This document shows positions 9,243-18,104 of a stretch of DNA of 64,000 nt, piece after piece; position 1 is the stretch's first letter; every line of letters starts with the position of its first letter. A program made the position numbers and the translations under genes. The stretch spans positions 4,280-68,279 of the forward strand of contig CALBPI010000069.1 of assembly GCA_937899415.1 (NCBI GenBank), given 5' to 3'. The notes below the pieces were generated by a model. It did no database searches. It saw only the letters and a list, made by a program, of their open reading frames with translations, and was not told the DNA's origin. Source of the DNA: an uncultured Gammaproteobacteria bacterium. GTDB lineage: Bacteria > Pseudomonadota > Gammaproteobacteria > Steroidobacterales > Woeseiaceae.

Positions 9243-11012
9243 TCATTCCGGCTCCAGTAACCAGTACCCGGCGTCGATGCCCGTCGGCACGTAGTTATCT
9301 GCTGAGGGCTCGAGAATGCGCGCCTCACGAAACAGTATCGCAAGGTCACGCAACATGAGGCGACTGTTTGCGACATAGGAGTGCCCCTTGGTCGCCTGGC
9401 TCACATCGACCGTCTGCATGGGCGGTGCCACCATCGGCCTCGGGTGTGTTTCGCCGGCACGCTGGTAGTTTTCCTCGTCGCCACCCTGCAGCGCACGCGA
9501 CAGCAACAGCGCCGAATCGTGAGCCGACGCATAGAGCGTCACACCGTCGGTGATACGGTCCAGCGCTTCGATCTTCTGCGCCAGCAGGTCCCGCTTGATA
9601 TCTGGCGCGGCGAATACCAGCTGGCCAAACGCATTGTCCGGCAAACCGTCCGCCGACAGTTTCTCGACAGCCTGTGACAGCGCCCGCGTGCCCATGCTGT
9701 GCGCGATCAGGTGGATGCGTGTTGCGCCCGATTCCCGGTGCAGCTCCTCAAGGAACTGGCGCAGGTGCAGCACGCTGGTTTCGACATTCGCGGCATCGGT
9801 CAGGTAGTCAAGGACGGCGCCCTGCGACGGCCAGCTGAAGAATACCGGCGCACCGGGGAACTGCATGTCGTGCGCAATCTGCGCCGTTCGAAATGCTGCG
9901 TCCTGGAACGTGTTGTGGAAGCCGTGCACGAAAACGAACGCCTGCTTCTCCGGGTCCCGCGCCAGTGTCTCGGAGAGTTCGGCATAGAATGTCTCGTCGT
10001 CAGGCGGCGTCACTGCGGCAAGCTGGAAGTGCTTGGTAGGGTCCACCGCGAATTCGAGCCGGATGAGACTGGGCCGGTTAAGCTCGCCCGCGCGCCGCTT
10101 GGGCGGAATCGAGACACTGACCCAGCCCCGTTCATAGGGCGTGCCGTATGCATCCGCCTCGCGAATCTCATTACCAAACTTGACCTTGAGGATGGCGTCG
10201 TCCTGGCGCATCAGGAGCGACTTCTGCAGCCCCAGGCCGCCGAGCACCACGATGGCAAGCCCGCCGACCACCCGCACGACCAGGCCCAGGCGACTTTGGT
10301 GTTCTTCCTTGATATAGCGGCGGATGGCGCGCGTGAGCAACGCGGTAAGCACGAGTGCCACGGCAAAGCCCAGGAAGGGCTTCAGGTAGTCCCCGAAGGT
10401 CCGCGACAGGCGCACCCGGTTGGTCGCGAAATACACGCGCTTGAGAATGGGAGTGTCGTCAGCAAGGTCCTCGAGTTCGACCTCGGCGGCCATGACCTCG
10501 GTCGTTGTCGCTTGGTCGGCACGCACGATGGCGCCCGCCGGCGCCAGGTTGGGTAGCATATCGACCTGCCGGCGCGCCTCCTCCAACTCGCGCGCCAGCA
10601 CGGCATTCTGCTCCGCCAGCTGCCGCACTCTGTTAACGCTGGCTTCGCTGGCGGCGCGGGCTTCAGCAACACGTATCTCGGCTTCCCGCGCTTCCTGCAT
10701 CGCGCGCGCCTCCACGTCGCGCAATGCTTCGGCCAGTGCCGCAGCGCGTGCCTCGGCTGCCGCCGCAGCGGCGCGCGCCTCGGCCAGGGCGGCCTCAGCA
10801 TCGGCCAGTTCCTGCTCCAGCTGCGCAATCCGCGCCTCGCGCGCCGCGAGCGTGGTCTCGTGATCTGCGACGCGCTGCTCGAGCCGATCGACCTGCGTGT
10901 CCTGACGTTGCGTCACGCCATCTTCGGCACTGTCGCGGGCACAAGCTGTCAGCAGCGCGACCAGTACGACCGCAACACCCCTATTCATGGCGGTGGAACT
11001 GTGCATCTTCAT
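9243..11012 (-). CDS. DUF900-family alpha/beta hydrolase with an N-terminal lipobox, a coiled coil and two TM helices
   Basis: The N-terminus is MKMHSSTAMNRGVAVVLVALLTAC (lipobox). An Ala/Glu/Arg-rich heptad region of ~150 aa follows, then two hydrophobic helices (FLGFAVALVLTALL and VVGGLAIVVLGGLGL). The DUF900 core is FVFVHGFHNTFQDAAFRTAQIAHD...PVFFSWPSQG...IHLIAHSMGTRAL, where GxSxG takes the form HSMG. Its start overlaps the upstream stop (ATGA). Confidence 0.8.
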   Translation of the reverse strand: MKMHSSTAMNRGVAVVLVALLTACARDSAEDGVTQRQDTQVDRLEQRVADHETTLAAREARIAQLEQELADAEAALAEARAAAAAAEARAAALAEALRDVEARAMQEAREAEIRVAEARAASEASVNRVRQLAEQNAVLARELEEARRQVDMLPNLAPAGAIVRADQATTTEVMAAEVELEDLADDTPILKRVYFATNRVRLSRTFGDYLKPFLGFAVALVLTALLTRAIRRYIKEEHQSRLGLVVRVVGGLAIVVLGGLGLQKSLLMRQDDAILKVKFGNEIREADAYGTPYERGWVSVSIPPKRRAGELNRPSLIRLEFAVDPTKHFQLAAVTPPDDETFYAELSETLARDPEKQAFVFVHGFHNTFQDAAFRTAQIAHDMQFPGAPVFFSWPSQGAVLDYLTDAANVETSVLHLRQFLEELHRESGATRIHLIAHSMGTRALSQAVEKLSADGLPDNAFGQLVFAAPDIKRDLLAQKIEALDRITDGVTLYASAHDSALLLSRALQGGDEENYQRAGETHPRPMVAPPMQTVDVSQATKGHSYVANSRLMLRDLAILFREARILEPSADNYVPTGIDAGYWLLEPE

Positions 11013-14000
11013 TTCTTGAGACTCCTGGCGAAGGCCTCGGCAATCTGCTTCGGCAGCTTGCCGGCCTGCATCAGATTGACCGCAATACTCAAGACACGGA
11101 CCCGTCCCTTGTAGGCGATTTCCACACGCAACGCCACATCGTCAGGCAGCAGGGGGCGCACCGACTTCTCGAAGCGCACGGACCGGATGTTGGGGATACC
11201 GGAATCAATGCCCTCGTCCACGCTGCGACGGACATCGGCCAACACCTGTTGGTTCTTAGGCATGCTCTTGAGCACGCGCTCTGCCGAAAGCCGTTGCTTC
11301 GTCGCCGCTGGCAATTCGTCGATCGCCTCTATGGCCTGCTTCACTAGCTTTACCTGCGTCTTGCTCAGCACGGGTTTGTGCCGGTATAGCAGGATGCCGG
11401 GGAAGCCCTTGAACTCGCCCAGGCGTATTTCTGCAACGTTCTCGCGGATCAGCGCCTTGAGCGCGCGCTTGAGGTTGGTGCGGTAGCGTCTGTCTATTTT
11501 GGCCTTCGCCGCATTTTGCACCGCCGTGAGTTTGTCGATCCAGGGCTCAGCCGCCTCGCGCGCTTCCTTGGGCGCAAACGGCTTGGCCCCCGCGACAATA
11601 AGCTTCCTGCCGACGTGCTTGCCCGCCCAGCTGTCCATCATGGCGTGCACAGAGCGTTTGCTGGTCTTGCTGGCAATGCGCCGCTTCACCTCGGCGCAGA
11701 CTGGCGGAATGTTGCGCCGAACGCCCCGCAGACTCGCCTCGAAACTGTCCTTTTTCTTGATGGCCGAGATCAGCATGTTGTAGCCGTCGGAAACCTCGTT
11801 GCCCACGGCCTTGTTGGCGACGGACTTGAGCCCCTTACGGAAGGACGCGCTGAAGCCCTTGGGCAGCTCGAGCTCGAAGCCAGCGTTGAACAGTGAGTTT
11901 CGCTTGCCCGGCAAAGACAGAAACATCGTCGCACTGAGATCGCCAACCTTGAGCTCCGCTGGCTTGAACATCAGGCCATCGGCGCTCGCCACCGCGCTGG
12001 TACGCACCTCGATCCGGTCGCGGCCTGGCGTATCCCAGACCACGGTGCCGGAGATGGCCAGACCACCGGCGTCGATCTTGAGAGTGCCCTGCAACCAGAA
12101 GTCGTCAGCCAACACGAGGCGGATGCGGGCCTCGAACAACTCACCCGGCACCACCTTGAGCGAGCCGCCCAGCGCAAAGGTCTTGCGGGCGATCTGCAAG
12201 GCGATTTCGCCGGCGACGTTGACGGCGACCTTGTCGGAGTCGTCCCGCACCCGGCGCGTCTTGACCAGACCGTTGATACGAACCGCCAACAGCCCTTCCG
12301 GGCCGATTTGCAATGTCTGACGAACCGCAAGCTGGCGGTTGCCGGGCCCCGTCAGGGCCATACCGAACTGGGTCTTGCTGCGAATGAGGTTGACCCGGCC
12401 CACCTTGATCGCCGCCTCGCCCATCATGAGGACGAGATAGCCCTTGTCGTATGGTGCGCCGCCCATGTTGACCGGCGTGCAGCCGATCATCGCGACGGGG
12501 TCGGCCTTGGCCAGCTTGCGCATCGCCGACTTGCTCTTCATGACCACGTTGCGAAACTCCGCATCGGTGGTCACGCAACACACGGCACGAAAGCTCAGCG
12601 GACCGAATGCCATATCAATGTCGCTGATCCGAGGCCACTTCGTGGCACGCCCCTCTCGATAGGACAACGGCACCGTTCGGATCAGCCAGCCCGCGTTGCC
12701 CGCCTTGATACCGTCGATGCCATGCGCCAGCGTGTCGGCCATCTCGAGTGGCGGCAGTGCGCGATCTATGCCGATGCGCGCGCCGCCCAGATAATTCGGC
12801 AACGACAAGGTCGCCGGACCCAGCGTAAAGGGCAACGCCAGGCTGTCGGGCAAATTGTCGTCCTGATGAAGGAAGACCTGGTCATCCGTAAAAAACCGCA
12901 CCAGCGAGACGACCAGACGCACCCAGTCGCCCAGCGAGGGCTCCGGGTCCGGAAACGCCGCCTGCAACTGCATGCCGAGCCCCAGGAAATTGCGATAGCG
13001 CCAACCCAGCTCGTCGTAGAACAAGGGCATGGGCACGGGAGCGGCCATCGGCACCAGCGCGACGAGCTTGCGCAAGGTCACTCGATTGGTGATGGCCTCG
13101 CCCTTGCCACTCAGCAGCGCGAACACTAGGTTGACGATATCGAGCCGGTCGATCCAGCCGTCGAAGCGCACCACACCCAAGGCGCCGCCGCTGGAGACGC
13201 CAAAGCCCACCTCATAAAGCGTAACGCCCATGAGAGCCGGCAGGGGTGGTACTCCCGCGACGGTCGGCATGATGACGCGGATTGGTTTGTCGTCCTCGAC
13301 ACCAACGGTCACATGGGCGCCGCCACCGGGCTCGATCGCAAGGTCAAAGCGGAAATTGGTTGGAATGTGTAGCTGCAGATAGTCCTCGAAATCCGCAGGC
13401 AAATTGTCGATACCCTGCGCCAGCGCGTCAGCCAGTTTCTCGAACGCGGCGGTGACCGCCTTCGATGGGGTGCCGAGCATATCGAGCAATTGGGGCACGA
13501 CCTCGGGCGAGGCGAGGTCCAGCTCACGCAGTGGAATGCAATCCGGCATCTTGTTTAGTAGGGCATCCGGCAGGCCACATTTGCGCGCGAGCCAGCGAAC
13601 GGGCGTCAGGGGTAACGAAAGACCATCGCTTGAGAGCACGCCGCCGCTTGCCCGCCAGCGCCCCCCCTTGAAGTCGAAGGTGAGTTCGGGCACCAGAAAA
13701 CTCAGCGTGCCGATGCCCTCGAATTGATGCCACTCGGTCCACAGCGACCCGTCGGGTAAGGTGCGCAGCGCAATGGCTCGAAACGGCGAGGTCTTGGGCT
13801 GTACGCGAACGCCGCCGTCGACGACCAGCGCAAGGTCCAGACGCTCGACAAAAACATCGGCACCGCCCAGCAGACGGTTGAGTCGGTCCAGCGCGTCTAC
13901 GCGCAGATCGGCACCGAGCTGCCAGGTATTGCCCGCGCCGGAACGGCGCCGTATGCCGATGGCGCGCACCGACACATCGGGTGCCGGTATCGCGTCCGAG

Positions 14001-16066
14001 CCGATATCGAGCGCCAGGCTTTGCAAACCGTCCGATTCGAGCTGCAGTGCGATCTCATGCGCCCCGAGCTGCAGTGTGGCGCGCACTTCGGTCTCGGGCA
14101 GCAACACGCTGACAGGAAACGGGACGCCTTCAAAGTGTACTCGTGCGTCGGCCGTGACCTGCCACGGCGCCTCGCGGCCGCTGCGCGCGAAACCAACCGA
14201 TAGCAGGGACACGACCGTAGCCGCGGCCTCAGGCTGATCCGGATCGATGGACAGCGGTAACCGCACGGCCTGATCGCCGGCATCCGGGTTGGGTGTCAGC
14301 TGAATACCATTGGCCGACAGCGACACCTGCGCCTGGTAAGTCATCAGGTCAGGCAACTCGAGCGCGCCCAGCGCCTGCAGTGCCGTACTGCGCTGCTTGC
14401 CCACGCGGCTGACCACCATCGCGACCTGCTCAAGCCACAGCGTTGCCACATCGGGCACTAACGCCACCTGAACCGGCGTCGTGACAGACAGCCGCAATGC
14501 CGAGCCCTGGCCTGATTGTTCATAGCTCGCGCGCAAAGCGACCGGGCGGTCGAATAGCGAAGCCTCAAGGTCGCCAGCAACCACCCACGCGCCGTCGGCG
14601 CCGAGATTGAAACTGAGCTCAACACCGCCCAGCACGAGTGCCGTATCGATCGCGATGGGCCCGTCAGCGCTTACGGCGAGTTCGGCGATGGGCGGCTTAC
14701 CGGCGCGCAGCGCAAGCTGCAGGCGGCAGGTCAGCGCCGTCGGTGAGCCCGTGTCGAAAAGATCTGCGTGAACCGTGACCGAAGACTGCAGGCGCAACAC
14801 GCCCTGGCTGCCCGAGATCTCGAGCGCCGTAGAACCGAACGCAATTTCCGGTAGCTCAGGAGGTGCGGTCACATCAAAACGCGCCAATAGCGCCACCAGG
14901 GTCGTCGGCCGCAGGCTGCCTGCCAACTCGGTATCGCGCCCGATGGCGCCCCGCACGGCCACACGCTCGCCGCCGACTACGGTCGTCGCGTAAAGCCGTG
15001 CACCGGGATTGTCCGCCGACAGCTCGAGGTCGAGCTGCAGGCCCTGCAATGTGGCGTTGGTGCCCGGAATCGGCCAATCGCCTTCGAGCGTACTCATCGC
15101 CTGCAGACGCTTGCCGGGCCAGTCGGCGTCAACGCTAAGTTGCCGAATAGACAACGCCGGCAATAGGTCGGGCGGCGCAGACCCGGCAAGACCACGATAG
15201 AGCGACGCCAATGACACGCCCGACTCGTTGTCCAGCGCGCCGCGGAAGCGGAACTGCGGCAGCTCGCCAGACAGCGCGATGGCAGTGCCCCCAATCCTTA
15301 GCGTGGCGCTGGCACCCATCGAGACGCGGCGCCGCGCCGCATCGGTGAGGCTCTGGCCCTGCAGCGATACCGCGAACGACGCCAGCGTGACGCCATCGAA
15401 TGGCGTTGCAACCTCGGGCACGCGCAAACCCAGCTCGACGGCGGCGGGCACGAAGGTACCGGCCCGCAGCGCCAAAGCCAGCGTGGTCAGCTCAATCTCA
15501 CCGCGCAGCTGATCGACCGGCAGCTCAGCCAGCAAGCTGCCCAACCCACTGGCCTCGAGCAAGCCGGACAATGCGGCAAGGTCGAACGTCTGGTTTTCGA
15601 CCCAAACGTCGATGGTGTCGGTGCTGGATGCGATGCGCAGCGTATGTTGCTGGCCGCGCACCGCAATGGTGACCACCAGCGTCGGCTCGGCCATGAGCAA
15701 CGCCTCGCCGGTGCCGCCCATCGCAACATGCAGTTGGGCATCAATGAGCCGCGCCTGTTCGAGAAACGGCAGCGCTACGGCCGATGACGGCAAAGCGCAA
15801 TCGAGATGCCCATGCCAGGTGTCGTCTGAGCCCTCAAGCGTCAGCGACGCCGACTGCTCAGGCAAACCGAAGGGACGCACGGGTCCGCGCGCAGCCACGA
15901 TGGCGCCATCGGCCTCGGCCATTGTGAAGGCCCAGGTCTCCACACCGGGTACCCGGTCCTGCAGCAGTGCCAGATTGTCGAGCGCCACGTCGTCGAGCCA
16001 CGCGTCACCGCGACGCAGGTTGGCTGCCACTGTGTCCATCCAGACTGTTGGGCGTCGCGCGCTCAT
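11009..16066 (-). CDS. 1685-aa hypothetical protein with no recognisable domain (orphan giant)
   Basis: This is a single uninterrupted ORF in GC3-rich host-like coding sequence, with ATGA overlaps to both neighbours. I see no signal peptide, TM helix or catalytic motif. The first ~1350 aa are Ala/Leu/Gly/Val-rich and beta-like. The last ~330 aa are Lys/Arg-rich and helical. Confidence 0.8.
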   Translation of the reverse strand: MSARRPTVWMDTVAANLRRGDAWLDDVALDNLALLQDRVPGVETWAFTMAEADGAIVAARGPVRPFGLPEQSASLTLEGSDDTWHGHLDCALPSSAVALPFLEQARLIDAQLHVAMGGTGEALLMAEPTLVVTIAVRGQQHTLRIASSTDTIDVWVENQTFDLAALSGLLEASGLGSLLAELPVDQLRGEIELTTLALALRAGTFVPAAVELGLRVPEVATPFDGVTLASFAVSLQGQSLTDAARRRVSMGASATLRIGGTAIALSGELPQFRFRGALDNESGVSLASLYRGLAGSAPPDLLPALSIRQLSVDADWPGKRLQAMSTLEGDWPIPGTNATLQGLQLDLELSADNPGARLYATTVVGGERVAVRGAIGRDTELAGSLRPTTLVALLARFDVTAPPELPEIAFGSTALEISGSQGVLRLQSSVTVHADLFDTGSPTALTCRLQLALRAGKPPIAELAVSADGPIAIDTALVLGGVELSFNLGADGAWVVAGDLEASLFDRPVALRASYEQSGQGSALRLSVTTPVQVALVPDVATLWLEQVAMVVSRVGKQRSTALQALGALELPDLMTYQAQVSLSANGIQLTPNPDAGDQAVRLPLSIDPDQPEAAATVVSLLSVGFARSGREAPWQVTADARVHFEGVPFPVSVLLPETEVRATLQLGAHEIALQLESDGLQSLALDIGSDAIPAPDVSVRAIGIRRRSGAGNTWQLGADLRVDALDRLNRLLGGADVFVERLDLALVVDGGVRVQPKTSPFRAIALRTLPDGSLWTEWHQFEGIGTLSFLVPELTFDFKGGRWRASGGVLSSDGLSLPLTPVRWLARKCGLPDALLNKMPDCIPLRELDLASPEVVPQLLDMLGTPSKAVTAAFEKLADALAQGIDNLPADFEDYLQLHIPTNFRFDLAIEPGGGAHVTVGVEDDKPIRVIMPTVAGVPPLPALMGVTLYEVGFGVSSGGALGVVRFDGWIDRLDIVNLVFALLSGKGEAITNRVTLRKLVALVPMAAPVPMPLFYDELGWRYRNFLGLGMQLQAAFPDPEPSLGDWVRLVVSLVRFFTDDQVFLHQDDNLPDSLALPFTLGPATLSLPNYLGGARIGIDRALPPLEMADTLAHGIDGIKAGNAGWLIRTVPLSYREGRATKWPRISDIDMAFGPLSFRAVCCVTTDAEFRNVVMKSKSAMRKLAKADPVAMIGCTPVNMGGAPYDKGYLVLMMGEAAIKVGRVNLIRSKTQFGMALTGPGNRQLAVRQTLQIGPEGLLAVRINGLVKTRRVRDDSDKVAVNVAGEIALQIARKTFALGGSLKVVPGELFEARIRLVLADDFWLQGTLKIDAGGLAISGTVVWDTPGRDRIEVRTSAVASADGLMFKPAELKVGDLSATMFLSLPGKRNSLFNAGFELELPKGFSASFRKGLKSVANKAVGNEVSDGYNMLISAIKKKDSFEASLRGVRRNIPPVCAEVKRRIASKTSKRSVHAMMDSWAGKHVGRKLIVAGAKPFAPKEAREAAEPWIDKLTAVQNAAKAKIDRRYRTNLKRALKALIRENVAEIRLGEFKGFPGILLYRHKPVLSKTQVKLVKQAIEAIDELPAATKQRLSAERVLKSMPKNQQVLADVRRSVDEGIDSGIPNIRSVRFEKSVRPLLPDDVALRVEIAYKGRVRVLSIAVNLMQAGKLPKQIAEAFARSLKK

Positions 16067-18066
16067 GCGTCTAGGTTCAGCAGCAGCTGCAGCGCAGACA
16101 GCTTGTCTTCGGTATTGGCTAACCCGGCAATGGCGAGCACCGCCTCATCACGCATCTCGATGATGCGCGCGTCGTTGAGGTCATTGAGTTGTTGGCGCAC
16201 GTCCTCGATTGTTGCGCGATCGAAATAGGTCGCAGACACCACGCGACCGCGCGCGTTGTAGAGCGCTCTCGATTCCAGGCGATGATAGTAGGCCGGTATG
16301 TCGTGGTGGCTGAGATCGTCATAGTCATGCTGGTCCGTATGCAGCTGATCCGCGGGATGGGCCGCATTGCCCGCGCCAAGGGCAAGCTTTGCGGGAGGAT
16401 GCAGGAACGCATCCACGCGATGCCACGCGGGCCGGTCCGGCGTGTTGGCTTGGCCTTCGGGATTGCGCGTGCTGTGAGCGGAGGCCGTGATAATGCCGAG
16501 CGCACGCATATAGCCCGCACTCGGCACGGGTACCGCGCGCGCCATGCAGTCACCCATGGCGTCGATCCATGTCGTAAATTCCGGCTGATTGTTTGCAATC
16601 AGGGTCAGCGTGTGTTGCATGGCCGCCCCGATGCGCGCAGTCTGCTCGCGCGGCAGAACGCGGCGCCAGCCCGAACCGTGCAGTTCGACCACCCGGTTGC
16701 TTGCCGGCACACTCCTGATCGAGTCTACGGAATCGAGATACATGCGGGAGGTACCATCGAGCTGGATGCCAATCGCCTGCTGCTTGATGAGCCAGCCTGT
16801 CAGCCCACCCGTCTCCTGTTTGTCCGCGTCATTCTCACCGCCGGCACCACCCGGTGCCGATTTGTCCGATACCGCCGCCGTACCGGGCAGTGACGTGATG
16901 GGGCCGGAGAAACTGACTTCCAGATCAATGGGTACCGGCAGCTTGTCGTGCGCAATGATGTTTTCGAGGTGCAAGTCAGACCACGAAAACACGCGTGCAA
17001 TTGCCAGCCACGCGCCCCAGGTACGATAGAACACGTCGCTCTGCTCCGTGGTGGTCAGCCAGTCGGAAGCCGCGAAATCCGCGTCACTGACCGGCCCCGC
17101 TGGCAAGCCGTCAATGCCCGCCTCGGGCGCATGGCGGAGAAACTCAATGTAGCCGTAGGAGTTGCCAACCGGCAATTGGTTGTCGTTGACCTCAAGCCCG
17201 CTACCCGGGTGCCTGGGCAAGATCCGGTAGGTCGGTAGTTCCGGCACGTTCGGGTTGAGGCCGGCCTGCAGGCGCAACGCGTTGATCAGTTCGGCCAAAC
17301 TCTGCGGCGGCGCGTCATCCCCGTAGGGGTTGTAGGCATCGGTGCGACCGCAGAAGCGGTAGTCCATCTCGATGTCGGAGGGCTTGTAGACGAGTTTGTG
17401 TAGCCCCTCGTTGGCGCCGGCCACTTGCAGCGAGAAGAACAGGACCGCGCGGCCACGTTTGTGGGTATCGCCACCCGAGGGGGTGATCCTGACCAGCGCC
17501 GTGATGCCCGCGTCGTCGAAGAAGACGTTGCTGATGGTCTCGCGGTCGCCTGCCAGACGCTGAACGGCCAGCGCCATGCTGCTCCTGAACTGCTCGCTGA
17601 CGCGCTCCAACAGGACGCGAGTCGTCGCGTGGTACTCGAAAAACACATCGATGCCGGGCCGTCTGGTCTCGGTATCGACAATCAGCTCGGGGATGATGAG
17701 CCATTTGAAGTAGCGGTCGTAGATTCTGTCGGCCTGCTCGGGCTTGTCATCAGAAATGATGGCGTCGTAGGTCCGGCGCAGCTTGTTGATCTCGCTGATC
17801 TGCGGGGGCGGGCGCCAACGGTGACGCTTTCGCTCCAGATACTCGCGCAGCTCGTAGAGATCTCTGGCAACGGCTGCGGCCGTCAGCCGGTCCAGCAACT
17901 CGATAAGCGGCCGGACCAGCTGCGGGTCTTCAAGCGCTTGCACGGCGAACGGGTTTTGCGTCGCCACCTCATTTAGGCGTGTGATCACGGGAACGACGAA
18001 GCGCTCGTAGATCCGCCAGCGCTTCTTGCAGGGCGCCAGGCTTTTTAGCTGACTTTTATTGAGCAC
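16063..18066 (-). CDS. Stand-alone LanM-type dehydratase/kinase-like domain protein (DUF4135), no LanC domain
   Basis: The motifs PSGGDTHKRGRAVLFF...HKLVYKPSDIEMDYRF and SDLHLENIIAHDKLPVPIDLEVSF (DxHxxN followed by a metal-binding D) match the class II lanthipeptide synthetase N-terminal domain. The DIPAYY motif lies further downstream. The protein is 667 aa and ends without any LanC-like GxxHG, WCxG or CHG motif. The GTG start at 18066 is uncertain. Confidence 0.75.
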   Translation of the reverse strand: MLNKSQLKSLAPCKKRWRIYERFVVPVITRLNEVATQNPFAVQALEDPQLVRPLIELLDRLTAAAVARDLYELREYLERKRHRWRPPPQISEINKLRRTYDAIISDDKPEQADRIYDRYFKWLIIPELIVDTETRRPGIDVFFEYHATTRVLLERVSEQFRSSMALAVQRLAGDRETISNVFFDDAGITALVRITPSGGDTHKRGRAVLFFSLQVAGANEGLHKLVYKPSDIEMDYRFCGRTDAYNPYGDDAPPQSLAELINALRLQAGLNPNVPELPTYRILPRHPGSGLEVNDNQLPVGNSYGYIEFLRHAPEAGIDGLPAGPVSDADFAASDWLTTTEQSDVFYRTWGAWLAIARVFSWSDLHLENIIAHDKLPVPIDLEVSFSGPITSLPGTAAVSDKSAPGGAGGENDADKQETGGLTGWLIKQQAIGIQLDGTSRMYLDSVDSIRSVPASNRVVELHGSGWRRVLPREQTARIGAAMQHTLTLIANNQPEFTTWIDAMGDCMARAVPVPSAGYMRALGIITASAHSTRNPEGQANTPDRPAWHRVDAFLHPPAKLALGAGNAAHPADQLHTDQHDYDDLSHHDIPAYYHRLESRALYNARGRVVSATYFDRATIEDVRQQLNDLNDARIIEMRDEAVLAIAGLANTEDKLSALQLLLNLDA

Positions 18067-18104
18067 CGCGGGGCGTGTCCACCGGGCTACCTGATGTCAT
18101 TGCA

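Noticed and set aside
16063-18066. Reading the DUF4135 gene as the core of a class II lanthipeptide (RiPP) biosynthetic cluster
   Set aside because: There is no LanC cyclase domain or gene. Within ~10 kb there is no small precursor ORF with a leader and a Cys/Ser/Thr-rich core, no LanT/ABC-C39 transporter and no immunity genes. The intergenic gaps on either side are -4 and 38 nt, too short to hide a precursor.
8120-18066. Calling the module a known anti-phage defence system or a T6SS/polymorphic-toxin locus
   Set aside because: There are no hallmark genes: no ATPase/helicase, nuclease-NTPase, TIR, SIR2, VgrG, Hcp, PAAR, Rhs or immunity pairs. There are no mobile-element or phage genes nearby. 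The flanks are housekeeping or metabolic. Only the DUF900 and EEP effector-like folds hint at conflict, which is not enough.
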